From: Eledone cirrhosa
Taxonomy: Eukaryota
DNA: 64,000 nucleotides
Direction of reading: 5' to 3'
Assembly (NCBI GenBank): GCA_964016885.1
Contig: OZ024741.1
Coordinates: forward strand, 270,878,001-270,942,000
Below the pieces are notes generated by a model that did not search any database, was not told the DNA's origin, and saw only the letters and a program-made list of their open reading frames with translations. Both the position numbers and the translations under genes were made by a program. Shown in pieces: positions 14,733-27,877 of the stretch (its first letter is position 1; every line of letters starts with the position of its first letter).

Positions 14733-14983
14733 ATTTAGACGGTAATATTTCGTCAGAGGTCCCTTAGGTCAATGGCTAGAGCTCTCAGCCAGTATCTGAA
14801 AGATACAAAGTTCGGCTCCTCGTATCGGGCGCTGGCCACTTCTTTCTCCGTGTCTAAAGATATTTACTCTATTTCATAAGCTATTTTAAAGTATTTACTG
14901 TTCCTGAGCATACTACATCTTCCATAAACTTTATCTTCTCAACGCTTCGTAAGTACGAGCTTCGCACACGATGTGCATATATA

Positions 14984-15186
14984 TACACGAGGGTGGGCTG
15001 AACAGTTCCTAGGCTGACTATGAAGGAGTGATGCTAGAGCTGTGAAAGCTTGCATGCATTAATTTCAACTCTTATTTTTAATAACTGCATTGTTTCTTTC
15101 CAGTGACTATGTTGAAAAGTAAACCTCATTTAGTCATTTCATGAGAGTATCTTGGTCAGGCCATAACTTTTTAGCTGACACTCGTA
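14984..15186. mobile_element. Tc1/mariner-like MITE
   Basis: Imperfect TIRs ACGAGGGTGGGCTGAACAGTT..GCTGAC / GTCAGG..AACTTTTTAGCTGACACTCGT in a TA context. Confidence 0.6.
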
Positions 15187-15226
15187 TATATATATATGTA
15201 TATATATATACACATAGAGAGAGTGT

Positions 15227-15288
<62 letters not shown>

Positions 15289-16324
15289 TAGGATGGGTGT
15301 ATAGTTGCTAGTTAAGATAGGCTTAAAAATAAGAATAAGAAGAAAGCAATAATGGGGGGGGGGGGGATTCCTCATCAGTTGTTTACTGGAGGTCTCGGAT
15401 ATTTCAACGCTTTAAAGACAGAGCGTTCAATAACTAGGCAAGTTTTTGGGAACACGGAGGAGGGAGGGAAGGAAAATAGAAGGGAAAGAAGGGAGAAAAG
15501 AGAAGAACAGCGAAAAAACGTTTTTTTTTTTTCCATTTCAGGTAGATGCGCTCCATCATACACTCAACTTTTCTAAAAAATAAAACATACACAAAACGCC
15601 AGCACCAACAGTTTTGCAAGAGATGTCAACATCAATGGACCTGTTATTTTATCTAAAGACAATTTTTCCAATTCCAACCCGCCCGTCCCCTCAATCTATC
15701 TTATTTCTCATTCTTTCTTCTTCTGAAGGACTAGCGTCCGAAACGTTAAGACCCTCTTCCTGCTATATCAAGCGTTAACCTAATATATCCCTTCCATATA
15801 CTGTACCGATTGTGTTGTTATTTCTGTTTACCTTTTACATACAAACACACACACACATATATATATATAATGAAATATATGGAGAATAGAAATGGTTGTG
15901 CAGTTGCTATTTAAGGTAACTTAAAATGTAGTGGGAATACGAAGAAAGAAAGAACGGGGGGGGGGGGTCTCATTAGTTGTCTACTGGGGCTCTCGGATAT
16001 TTCTACGCTTTAAAGACAAGATATCTACCGCCCATGGCGTTCAATAACTGGGTAAGTTATTGGGGAAACGGAAGAAGGAGGGAAGGAAAGCAAAGGGGAA
16101 GAAAAGAGAAAACAGTAACAAAACACCGAAAAAACAACAACAAACCGAGCAATAGGCGAGCAACTATAGGTAGGAAATCCAAGACCACTCGATAAGAGAA
16201 GTTAAGTTCAAAAATGAGTGGTCGAGTGGAAGGAGACACACGTCCGATCGCCGCAGTTGTAAGTGAGAAGAGAACTGCTAAACGGTCAGACGAGGGTGTG
16301 AAAGTGAGAGGAAGAAAGTGTGGG

Positions 16325-17240
16325 GCGGGGGGGGTCTACCTCTTATGGATCTACTGGGGCAGAAACGTCTAAGGTCATGGCTGTCTAGGTAGTCAGTGTC
16401 GTAGGTAAGTCTAAGTAGGAGGCCCAGTTCGTCTCTGTCGACGTAGCAGAACTCCACCTCACTCTCAATTATCATCTCCACAGATTTTTCCACAGTAAAA
16501 TCAATGTTAATGGATAGGTACAGTGATACCACATCCATGCTGCCTATTATGCAGTTGGATAGGTTCCTGTTTTTGTTGCACTCACTGATTCTGCTGAGGA
16601 GGTCCTCTGTACTGTCACATACATCTGGGGACATCTTGATTATGGGGCGTATAACCATTGAGAGGAAGTAGGAGATCCTGTAGTTGCTAGCTATATTTGC
16701 TCCGCATACGGGTCTTGTTGGTGGTCCTGTTGTCGGGTCGTCGACTGTCTTGTGGTCTTTGCGGAGCCCATACAAGGGTGGTATGCCATTGTTAGACGCC
16801 TGGAAGTTGTTGGCAGTGCGTCTGCTTGGCTTTAGGATGTCGGTTCACATCATCCATCATGTGAGCGTTGAGGATTTTCTCTCTCACATCATGTATTTGC
16901 TGTGCAATTTCGCTCGTGTTGGTGATGTGGGGTTGCATAGCCTTGATGTAGTTCGGCATGCTATCTATTGACATCCTACCAGACTTATCCGTGGGTAGAC
17001 ATACTACCTCACCATCCCTTGTGCGCTGCTTGAGGCTAACCAAGCCTTCTACAGGTTTCCTCCCAAGTTGTTGGGCCTCTGGTCTGCTCTGTCTCTTAGT
17101 ATACCGGTCTACTATTTGTCTAATCTTATTTCTAGCTATGGTGAACTGTGCCTGTGTCTCGTCATCTATTTGTTGTGGTATGCAAACTCTTTTATTAAAG
17201 GGTAACCTCGTAGGATAGATATTACCCATCTTATATGTTT
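16325..17240 (-). pseudogene. Penelope-like element A: N-terminal RT half, inverted and frameshifted
   Basis: TDKSGRMS, YGLRKDHK, RPVCGAN, SMDVVSLY motifs; homologous to 21950-22843. Confidence 0.9.
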
Positions 17241-17254
17241 TGTCAGCTGGGTTG

Positions 17255-17890
17255 AAGAATAGTTTCTCTAAGGAGTTGTCATTATATCGATCGTCACAAG
17301 TTGTGTGTGTTGCTATTATTGTTATTATGGTGGTTGTTGTTGTTCCTATCATTAGCATTATTATTATTGTTATGATTGCTAGATGTATTGTTGCTGTGAT
17401 TGTTAGATGTATTGTTGTTATGATTGCTAGATGTATTGTTGCTCTGATTGTTGTTTTCTTCACCGTTATTGTTGTTGTTACTGTTATTTCTACCATTGTG
17501 GTTGTTACTTTTATTATGTTTCTTGTTTTTGTTGTGTCTATCATTAATGTTGCTGCATGTATTATTTCTATTATTACCACTGTGGTTGTTGTTGTTGTTC
17601 GTATTGTTACCGTTATTACTACTGTGGTCGCTACTGCCGTGTCTGTAGTTAATGTTTCTATTATTATTATTCCTTGTGCCTAAAGTAGAAACAATTATTA
17701 TTGTTGTTGTTGTTGTTGTTGTTGTTCTGTCTATCGTTAGTATTATTACCATTATTACTATTTCTCACTCTCCTGCTATTGTTATGACTATTTCTATTAT
17801 AGCTGTTATTTCTATACTCAGAGTTATTGTTTATATTACTACTACCGTTATTATTGTTGTTGTTGTCCGTTATTATTGTTGTTGTTCTCC
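17255..17890 (-). repeat. (AAC/AAT)-rich low-complexity tract upstream of the PLE RT
   Basis: TTG/TTA triplet repeats on +; Asn-rich or Thr/Ile-rich frames on -. Confidence 0.85.
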
Positions 17891-17894
17891 TACT

Positions 17895-19907
17895 TAGACT
17901 TACCTACGACATTGACTACCTAGACAGCCATCACCTTATATGTTTCTGCCCCAGTAGACCCATAAGAGGTAGACCCCCCCCCCCACCATAACCTCAATGG
18001 CTAAAAAGACTCCCATGGGAAGGTGGATTGGGTGGACCAAAGCTATACGGACCCCACAAAACAATGATCAGGTAAGAAAAATGGTCGCACATGCAATAGG
18101 GGCTAGTATCAAAACTACCCTAAAGGGCCACATATTCAAATTCAACGAGAAGATCTACACCCAAAATGAGGGAGCAGTCATTGGCGTCAGCATAGCTGGT
18201 GACGTTGCCAACCTTTTTATGGTATGGTGGGAAAGGAGACTTAAAGATCTCCTTAATGAGAGCTCCATAGACCTCATCATGTACTCTCGTTACTTAGACG
18301 ATATCAATATAGTTATAAGAACATCCCCACAAGAGAGCACTAACAAGTTTGATTTAGAACGTAGCACAATGGAAAGCATCCAGCAGATAGCTAATTCCAT
18401 ACACCAGAGTATAACTGTAACTATCGACTACCCTTCCAAACACCCTAACAATAGACCACCTGTATTAGACACGGAACTCTGGATTAACACTATAGACGAG
18501 AGAGCCCAAATTCTCCACTCACACTATGCTAAACCCATGGCCTCCAAATACCTGATACTCAAAAACTCAGCAATGTCCAGTAGTGCTATGTTTAATATTC
18601 TGATCGCAGACTTGGTACGAGTGATGAAGAACGTGTCCCGCATGTGCGACCCAACAGAAATGGAAAGACACATCCAACACTTCATCAACCGCATGCAGTT
18701 CTCTGGCTACAACCAAAGAGACAGAATCAGAGTATACGAAGGAGCCACGGAGAAGTATAAGACCCTCATAGAACTGGACATGAAAGGAATTTGCCCATTA
18801 TACAGGAGCAAATCATGGAATAGATTAGATAGGGCTAGACATAAGATAGGGAAAGCCATCTCATAGTACGACAACCAGAAATACCAGAGTGTCATGTTTG
18901 TGGACGCTACCCCTGGAAGGAAATTAGCTAACCAGTGTAGAAAGGCCCTGAGAAAGACCCACTTAAAGATTAAGGTGGTAGAAAAGCCAGGAACAACCAT
19001 AAAATCCCCGATCAGCAAAACCTACCCTTTTAAGAAAACCCACTGTACTAATAGGAAATGTATCATATGTAAGGTAAACCCCCGGATAAACTGTAAAACT
19101 AGAAACGTAGTCTATAGCATAAGATGTACAGAGGGTACTTGCAGAAACATGAGAACAACATACATAGGCGAGACAGCTTGTAGCATAGGTGAAAGGATAG
19201 ACCAACACTGGGGGGAACTAAAAGGACGAAAAAACGGTTCAGTACTATACGAACATGCTAGACAACAACATGACGGTAACATAGACAACATAGAAATTAG
19301 AATAATATCTAAACATAGAAGTGATCCAGCAGATAGCAAATCAGAGAGGCCAGTGAAATAGAACTTAGAAGGCCAAGGCTAAAGAGAAAGAATTAATGGA
19401 ATAACAACAACACCCAAACAAACAACACTGACCTAAGAGAAGTATAAATAAATAAATAGATTAATAAATAAATAAATACATACACAAGCACAATAACAAC
19501 AAACACATATAAACACACACTAGTAAATATAGAATACATTAACCAATACACAGTCCCCCAATCACGAACACACATCAAACAAAACACTATACACACACGC
19601 AAACGCATGCGCAAAGAAGACAAAATAAAACAAACAAATAAATAAATATATAAACAGACTAAATAAAGATGGCGTAGAAAATACAATGCAACGGGAGGAA
19701 ACAATAGCACCACTGACGATGTTGCAGATGTGCAACGAAAGAACTTTGATAAACTATATATATGTGTTAATATATATATTTTCACAGAGCGAAAAGCGAA
19801 AACCAACCAAACAGTGAGTGTGTTCTGTTATTAATTCTGGCAATATTACACAAATATGACCCTCCCCAAGTATAAAAATATATATATTGTTATACTTGGG
19901 GAGGGTC

Positions 19908-19911
<4 letters not shown>
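17895..19911 (+). mobile_element. Penelope-like element A: C-terminal RT, GIY-YIG endonuclease and 3' UTR
   Basis: GAVIGVSIAGDVAN and YSRYLDD in ORF 17997-18866; CxxxxCxxC, VYSIRC..YIGET in ORF 18894-19361; broken reading frame; ends in (TA)n. Confidence 0.92.
19704..19757 (+). ncRNA. Type I hammerhead ribozyme in the PLE 3' UTR
   Basis: CTGACGA(19713) T GTTGCA-gatg-TGCAAC GAAAG-aa-CTT; stem I CA/TG plus ATAG/CTAT. Confidence 0.85.
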
Positions 19912-20002
<91 letters not shown>

Positions 20003-20004
<2 letters not shown>

Positions 20005-20140
20005 CGGAAGAAATGTGGTAAGGAACCAGGTGGACCATAACGCACCAAAGTACTCAATACTTAGGGTAGTAGAGTGGGTAATAGGAACGAGTGGGACCCC
20101 GACGGCTGAGCTGAAGCCGTTTCGACGGCTAATTCTGGAC
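20003..20140 (-). repeat. Short TA-flanked dispersed repeat (also 29660-29880 and 36598-36745)
   Basis: Shared AACGAAGGAAATGTGGTAAG..GTTTCGACGGCTAATTCTGGAC. Confidence 0.8.
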
Positions 20141-20244
20141 AGATATATAGATATATATACACTATATATATATATATAGAGAGAGAGATTTCGTTTCTGA
20201 ATTTGTTTAGCAAGATTCTTTATCTGAAAACGTGTGTTGAAACC

Positions 20245-22950
20245 GATATTGTTATACTTTGGGAGGGTCATGTTGCCAATAAGAAACACGAGCACCAGTT
20301 GCTTTTACTTCAGTTTATTATAATAAATTTATAAATTTAGGAATTTATAAATTTCCGGTTGGTTGGTTCCACAACCAGATGGTTGTTTATATATTGTCAA
20401 AGTTCTTTCGTCACACATTCTGTGACCTCTTCAGTGACTGGGGATTATTTTCTTTGTTTTTGTGCCTCTCCTTTGTTCTGTCCTACGCCATCTTGTTTCT
20501 GTGTGTGTTGTGTGCTCAGTCTGCGCATGCGCCACATCCGGGTGTCTGTGTATGTTTATATTCGTTTATTTATTTGTTTATTTACATGTTACTGGTTGGT
20601 TGTTTGTTCTATGTGCGTGTCTGTTTTCATTCTGTCCTTAATTGTAAGTTGTGATGTTGCTGTTCCACTCATGTTTTCTATTTAATTTTGGTTGGAGTTC
20701 ATTTATGTTTATTGCCTCTGTGATTTGTCTAAACATTGCGTCTTTTCTGTGTGTAGATTCTATTTTTATTTCTATATTCTTTAATTTACCCTTATGTTCT
20801 ATTTTAGCATGTTGGTAGAGTGCAGATGATTCTTTACTATCTTGAAGGTCTCGCCAGTGTTCATTTATCCGTTCCCCTATACTACGAGCTGTCTCACCTA
20901 TGTACACTATATTTTTATCTCTACTTTGTCCTTCAGTACATCTTATGCTATATACTACATTTCTAGTTTTACAGTTAATATGGGGGCTTAATTTACAGAT
21001 TATACATTTCTTATCTATACAGGGAGGTCTTTGAAAAGGGTATGTCTTGCTAATAAGTGTTTTTATGGAGGTACCTGGTCTTTCTACTATCTTAATATTG
21101 AGTTTATGTTTATCTAGGGCCCTTCTAAATTTGTAAGCTAATTCACCTCTAGGGGTTGTATCGATGAACATTACACTCTGGTATTTATTGCTATCATACC
21201 ATGAGTTTATTCTATTAGCCTTATTCCTAGTTCTTTCTATTCTATTCCAAAATTTGCTCCTATACAAGGGGCAGGTCCCATTTGTGTCATTATTTATCAT
21301 TTTTTCCCATTTGGTTCTGGCTCCTCTATACACTCTGATTCTATCTCTCTGATTGTAACCAGAGAACTGCATACGGTGGATGAAGTGTTGTATGTGTCTC
21401 TCTAGTTCTTCGGGGTTGCACATGCGGGACACGTTTCTCATCACCCGTACCAAATCCGCAATCAGTATGTTGATTTTGGTATGGTCCGAAACAGCTGAGT
21501 TTCGGTGGATCAGATATTTGGAAGTCATGGGTTTGGCATAATGGGAATGGAGGATTTGTTTTTTGTTATTAATGGTATCTAACCAGAGCTCTGTGTCTAG
21601 TACAGGTAATCGATGGTTGGGGTGTTTGCTTGGGTAGTCTATAGCAACTCTAATACTCTGGTGGATGGAGTTAGCTATTTGCTGGATGCTTTCCATTCTG
21701 TTTTTCTCTAGTTCATGACTGTTCTCTAGTGGGGGTGTTTTAACTACGATGTTTATATCATCAACGTAGCGGGAGTACATTATCAGGGTTAAGGGGTCTT
21801 CTAATTGTTCTTTAGAAAAGTTTAAGTTTAAGTTTAAGTCTACTGTCCCACCATACCATGAATAGGTTAGCTATGTCGCCTGCAATGCTAACACCAATGG
21901 CTGCTCCTTCCTCTTGGGCATATGTTTTTCCATTAAATTTGAACTTTTTTTACTTAAGGGTTAATTTTATGCTGGCCCCCACCGCATGTGCAATCATTTT
22001 CTTTAGTTCATCGTGGTTTTCGGGGGTCCGTATGGCTCTGGTCCACCCGTTCCATCTATCTGTGTGGGTTTTCTTGGCCATTGAGGTAATGGTAGGTGGT
22101 CTGCCTCTTGCTGGTCTTGTAGGACACAGGTTGCTAAGGTCATATGTATCTAGATAATTATTACTATAGGTAAGTTTAAGTAGGAGTCCCAGCTCACTGG
22201 CATCAATCCCACGGAATTTAACATTGCTCTCACTGATCATTTCTACGCATTTCTCCACTGCAAAATCCACGTCAATAGATGGATACAGGGACACAACATC
22301 CATACTACCTATTATGCAGTCTGTTAGGTCCCTAGATCGGTTACCCTCGCCGATTCTGCTGAGGAGGTCCTCCTTGCTGTCACATACATCTGGGGACATT
22401 TCAATGATGGGGCGTATGATCAGGGAGAGGAAGTAGGACATTCTGTAGTTACTAGCAATGTTAGCTCCACAGACTGGCCGTGCTGGTGGTCCTGTGACAG
22501 GGTCACTGCTCGTTTTATGGTCTTTTCGAAGCCCATACAACGCTGGCACGTCATTGTTCCAGGCCTGGAAGTTGTTGGCAGTCCTTTTGTTGGGCTGCAT
22601 TATATTCGTCCACATCATCATATGGGCATTGAGGGCTTTTTCTCTATCCTCATGCTCTTGTGGTGTTACTTCTCTTGTGTTAGTGATGTGGGGTTGCATT
22701 GCCTGGATGTAGTTTGGCAGACTGTCAACCGACATTCTACCAGACTTGTCTGTTCGAAAGCATGCTATCTCTCCATTATGCGAGCGCTGCATGAGCTTAC
22801 GCAAGCCATTTGCAGATTTTTCTCCCAGTTGCTGGGCCTCCATTCTATTATGCTTCTTGCTATACTGTTCTATAATATTTCTAAGTTTAGATCTAGCTAT
22901 ACTAAATTGTGCTTCTGTTTGTTCATATTAACTGTAAAACTAGAAATGTA
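20245..22950 (-). mobile_element. Penelope-like element B, 5'-truncated: RT, GIY-YIG and 3' UTR
   Basis: ORFs 21950-22843 and 20638-21780 (YSRYVDD; VYSIRC..VYIGETARS); same family as element A. Confidence 0.95.
20396..20438 (-). ncRNA. Type I hammerhead ribozyme
   Basis: Reverse complement: GTCA CTGAAGA G GTCACA-gaatg-TGTGAC GAAAG-aa-CTT TGAC. Confidence 0.9.
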
Positions 22951-22954
22951 ATAT

Positions 22955-23658
22955 ATAACATAAGATGTACTGAAGGATAATGTAGAGATAAAAATATAGT
23001 GTACATAGGTGAGACAGCTCGTAGTATAGGGGAACGGATAAATGAACACTGGCGAGACCTTCAAGATAGTAAAGAATCATCTGTACTCTACCAACATGCT
23101 AAAATAGAACATAAGGGTAAATTAAAGAACATAGAAATAAAAATATAATCTACACACAGAAAAGACGCAATGTTTAGACAAATCACAGAGGCAATAAACA
23201 TAAATGAACTCCAACCAAAATTAAATAGAAAACATGAGTGGAACAGCAACATCACAACTTACAATTAAGGACAGAATGAAAACACACACGCACACAGAAC
23301 AAACAACCAACCAGTAACATGTAAATAAACAAATAAATAAACGAATATAAACATACACAGACACCCGGATGTGGCGCATGCGCAGACTGAGCACACAACA
23401 CACACACAGAAACAAGATGGCGTAGGACAGAACAAAGGAGAGGCACAAAAACAAAGAAAATAATCCCCAGTCACTGAAGAGGTCACAGAAAGTGTGACGA
23501 AAGAACTTTGACAATATATGAACAACCAGCTGATTGTGGAACCAACCAACCAACCGGAAATTTATAAATTCCTAAATTTATAAATTTATTATAATAAATT
23601 GAAGTAAAAGCAACTGGTGCGTGTGTTTCTTATTAGCAACATGACCCTCCCAAAGTAT

Positions 23659-23667
<9 letters not shown>
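22955..23667 (+). mobile_element. Inverted copy of the 3' end (pseudo-LTR) of element B
   Basis: Near-identical reverse complement of about 20245-20955; ends at (TA)n. Confidence 0.95.
23470..23512 (+). ncRNA. Type I hammerhead ribozyme
   Basis: GTCA CTGAAGA G GTCACA-gaaag-TGTGAC GAAAG-aa-CTT TGAC. Confidence 0.9.
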
Positions 23668-23729
<62 letters not shown>

Positions 23730-25285
23730 GATATATTTAGCCAGAGTTAGTTATTGGTTATAACTCTAATATTAGATAATTAAAAAAGAACTAAAGAACT
23801 AAATAAATTGTTACGTAAATTGATGGAGAATTTGCAAAATTTGGATAAAGCTGTGTTTCTGTAACCGGGTGCTTTTGAAATTATATTCCAAGTTAAAGAA
23901 TAGTCTCTATTTTTGGATTTTAAGTTCCATATCAAGTTGGATAGAGAAGTTGACGATTTTTTACCAATATTATTAAACGAGCATTTATGGTTATTGAATG
24001 ATTGTAGAATTAAATCTAACTGTCCTTTAAAAAATAACTGTTTAGTTAAAAATGTGGTCTATAAATGCAATGTCAAAACCAATGATAATATTTTTAACTA
24101 TGTTGGCTCAACTTCTATAGACTTTAAATCTCATTTCAATATTTTGCAAATTGTGTGTTGAGGAAATTTTCTTCATACTTAAATGTAAGAACTTCATTAA
24201 TTTACGTAACAATTTATTTAGTTCTTGTAAACATCGCCAAAACTCAACTTTTAGATCTATATATAAAATATAATTACACGTTTAATCTTCTCTACATAAT
24301 GTTTACTTTATCCAAACACCTATAATCTCATTTCTTAAATTATATGCATAAATTCTAAATCTTTAAATTTAAATTTAATGTAATTCTAATTTTAATATCT
24401 TTTACTTCTTAAATATATATAATTTACTTCTTAAATCTTTACATTTTAATATTTTTACTTCTTAAATATCTTTATTTTTTATCTTTATTTTTCTTACTTC
24501 CAAAATATCTCATAATCTTTTTAGAAAAATTACTTAAATTTAAAAAAAAAAAAATTACTTATTTCCAAAAAAATATTTTTTGGGTTATCTTAATATTTTT
24601 AATATATTTTTTAGTATTTTTCTAATATTTTCAAATATTTTAAAATATTTTAAAGTATTTTTATTTTTAAATATTTCTTAATATTTCTTTATATTTTCTG
24701 AATAATTTTAGGTTTTTAATTATATTTCCTGAATAATTTTAGGTTTTTAATTAATTTTAAACACTTTTTAAATGTTTTAAAAGGTTTTTGAGTATCTTCG
24801 GAGTCCTTTTGAGATCTTTTAAAAATCTCTTGGGAAGTTTTTCCAGGAATTTTCAAGAATTTTTCTTATACTTTTAATAATTTTTAATTTTTTAATTATT
24901 TATTATTAGAGTTATAATCAATAACTAACTCTGGCTAAATATATCTTTAAACATATCTTTGTCAAAATTATCTCATAATAACTAATAAATAAACAAAACT
25001 GAGATTTTCAATATTTTTCCAATGTAAAACATTAAAAACATATAAGTAATCTTATTAACTCAGTTAATTTAATTTAATTTAATTTAATTTAAATACTTAC
25101 ACTAAATATAAACTAGTATCCCTCATAATTTATCATCTATAACATGATATACCCATCTATCCACTCATATATCTATCCTTATATCTATATTTTATCCTAT
25201 GCTTCTACTTCATATTTATTTTAAATCTATCTTTTAATATATTTTAATATATTCTAATATATCTTAATTTTTTCTATATATCTAA

Positions 25286-27067
25286 TCTACTATATATTTG
25301 TGAAATGGGCGGTGGTTGAAATTCAGATGTGCACGGTTAAATGGTAGTAGACGTGGTCGGACGGACATGAAAATTTACACACCTATGTAAAAAGTGCCAA
25401 GGAAGCAAATAGACGAGGTTTCAAATCTCTGACTTGAAAAATGTGGTCCCTGGGGGCCCAAAACTATCGCGTTCGGTGAGTTATTTCCCCCTGTTCTAAT
25501 ACTTTTGTCTAAAAAAACATATCAAAGACAACGTTATTTCGCTGTTAATAAACTTTTGGCTACTACAGTACGTTTCATTTTCATTTTTAAAATACAATTG
25601 CTCTATATTAAATTTAAATAATTCTATAACGATCATACAGTACTGTTTTATGAAATCGATTCTGCAGTAGAATTTTACGAAATGCCAAAACGAAAAAAGT
25701 AACTGTTTTCTAACAAAAGAAATAAAACCCTTACATTGCGAACCCCCTGTTCTAATACTGGGGTTAGTTATTTCCCCCTCTTCTAATAAATATCTAATAT
25801 ATAGAGGCCCCTCTTGCTGACCAGGGCAATCAAAGTGTAAACTATCATACAGTACCGTTTTATGAAATCAATTCTGCAGTACCATTTTACGAAATGCCAA
25901 ACCGAAAACAGTCACTGTTTTCCATCAAAAGAAATAAAACCCTTAAATTGCGAAGAAGGGAGTAATGTTCTCAAGTACGTTTTTTCAGTTATCATTTTCA
26001 TTTTATTTCTAATACATGTTAACCACCACTAACAGTAATTAGTATTTTTCAATTCATTGTCTTATTTAAAATAACATATCAAAGATAACGTTATTTCGCT
26101 GTTAATAAACTTTTGGCTACTACAAGCTTCAATGGTTACGGAGAAAATCGATGAAACAGGAATTTCCCATTCAAATTGAACTGAGAGTAATCTGTGAACG
26201 CAGAAGTAAATATTTCGAGAAACGTTGCAACCGAACGAAAACAGGAAGACGATATTTAGGTTCGTGAAGACGTTCCCTGGCAATGAACGGGAAAAAAGCG
26301 GGGATAATACATCGTTATGTGGAGCGTGAAGAACAATTTCATGCAAAGACAAGACCAAGTTTATGGTATAAATGGAGTCGTTAGACTAATATTCTATTTA
26401 AAATAACAGAATGATTTCCAGCCCCGGAGTTTAAGAATGATGTAAATAAAATTGAAAACGAAAATGACAGAGGTTATTAAAATAGTAAAAGTAAATAGTG
26501 AAGATTTAGGGCAGTACATACGTATGCCCCGACGGACATACACATACATACGCACACACAAATACACACACACAAACACACAAACAAACAAACACACACA
26601 CACACACGAACGCACACGCATATGTATAAACCTTATGCATTTCTACAGTATTTTCACCAAACTTAAGACATAGGTTACTTATGTACTCCGGATGGTCATG
26701 GGCAGTGTCATTTTTCAAGATATTGATTATAGGGCCCCCCCGGCAGATAACCCCTTTAACCACTTTAACCACTTCCTTGGAGTCGACTGAAGCACTGCAG
26801 TGCAATGCAACAAAACGTCATAACTTCTGGAGTTCGCAACCGATTTTCACAAAACTTGACACATGGGCTACGTTTGCCCTACAGATGAATGTGCACTCTC
26901 AGAATTGGCACATATTGGGTAGGGGACCCCTGGGGGCAGGAACCCCCTTTTGGAAATAGCGGATGATTTTGTAAAAGTATAGTTTTCGAAGCAGCACTGA
27001 AGTATTGACATAAATGGTATACACAACTGCTATTTAATATCCGAGCAACGCCGCGTACCTCTGCTAG
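25286..27067 (+). mobile_element. Non-autonomous Helitron
   Basis: 5' TC after A, 3' CTAG, subterminal CCGAGCAACGCCGCG hairpin remnant, no TSD; the 3' 900 bp is shared with 60835-61741. Confidence 0.8.
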
Positions 27068-27877
27068 TCTAATATATATTTGTGAAATGGGTGGTGGTTG
27101 AAATTCAGTTTTGCACGGTTAAATGGTAGTAGACGTGGTCGGGCGGACATGAAAATTTACACACCTATGTAAAAAGTGCCAAGGAAGCAAATAGACGAGG
27201 TTTCAAGTCTCTAACTTGAAAAATGTGATCCCTAGGGCCCCAAAACGGTTTATTTACTATCGCGTTCGGTGAGTTATTTCCCCCTGTTCTAATACTTGGA
27301 TGAGTTATTTAAAATTTCATACAAATTTTTAAACTCATCAACGTTCTTTCGCTGTTAACATACAGTACCAATAATTTGAAAAATATTGAAAGTTTATTAT
27401 AAAGAAGCAGTTTCATGAAAAAAAATAGAAATATGTACTTGGGGCTGGACGGCGTACAATGAGAAGTGGAGCGACGTGAAAAGCGTTGTTTATTAACAGC
27501 GAAATAGCAATGTCGATGATATGCAAGTTTGAAAATGCAGATTAATAAACTGTTGCCTTCTACAGTACGTTTCATTTTCATTTTTCAATCACAGTTGCTC
27601 TATATTAAATTTGAATACTTCCATAACGATCATACAGTACCGTTTTATGAAATCGATTCTGCAGTAGAATTTTACGAAATGCCAAATCGAAAAAGGTCAC
27701 TGTTTTCTAACAAAAGAAATAAAACCCTTACCTTCTCATTGTACGCCGTCCAGCCCCAAGTGCATATTTCTATTTTTTTTCCTGATACTGCTTCTTTATA
27801 ATAAACTTTCAATAATATTTTTCAAATTATTAACTTAATAAAAAGTGGCCCCGGGTGCAACCGGGCTCAGCTGCTAG
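27068..27877 (+). mobile_element. Second non-autonomous Helitron in head-to-tail tandem
   Basis: Same 5' 230 bp as 25286; different 3' end with hairpin CCCGG-gtgcaa-CCGGG, then CTAG|T. Confidence 0.8.

Noticed and set aside
14758-14830. Functional tRNA gene
   Set aside because: Box B is degenerate and no complete cloverleaf could be drawn.
15715-15752. Hammerhead TCTT-CTGAAG-GAC..GTCC-GAAACGTT-AAGA
   Set aside because: The core lacks A9; probably a decayed HHR and not counted as intact.
17240-17897. Hydrophobic membrane-protein-like ORFs on + (V/I/L rich)
   Set aside because: Antisense translation of the AAC/AAT low-complexity tract.
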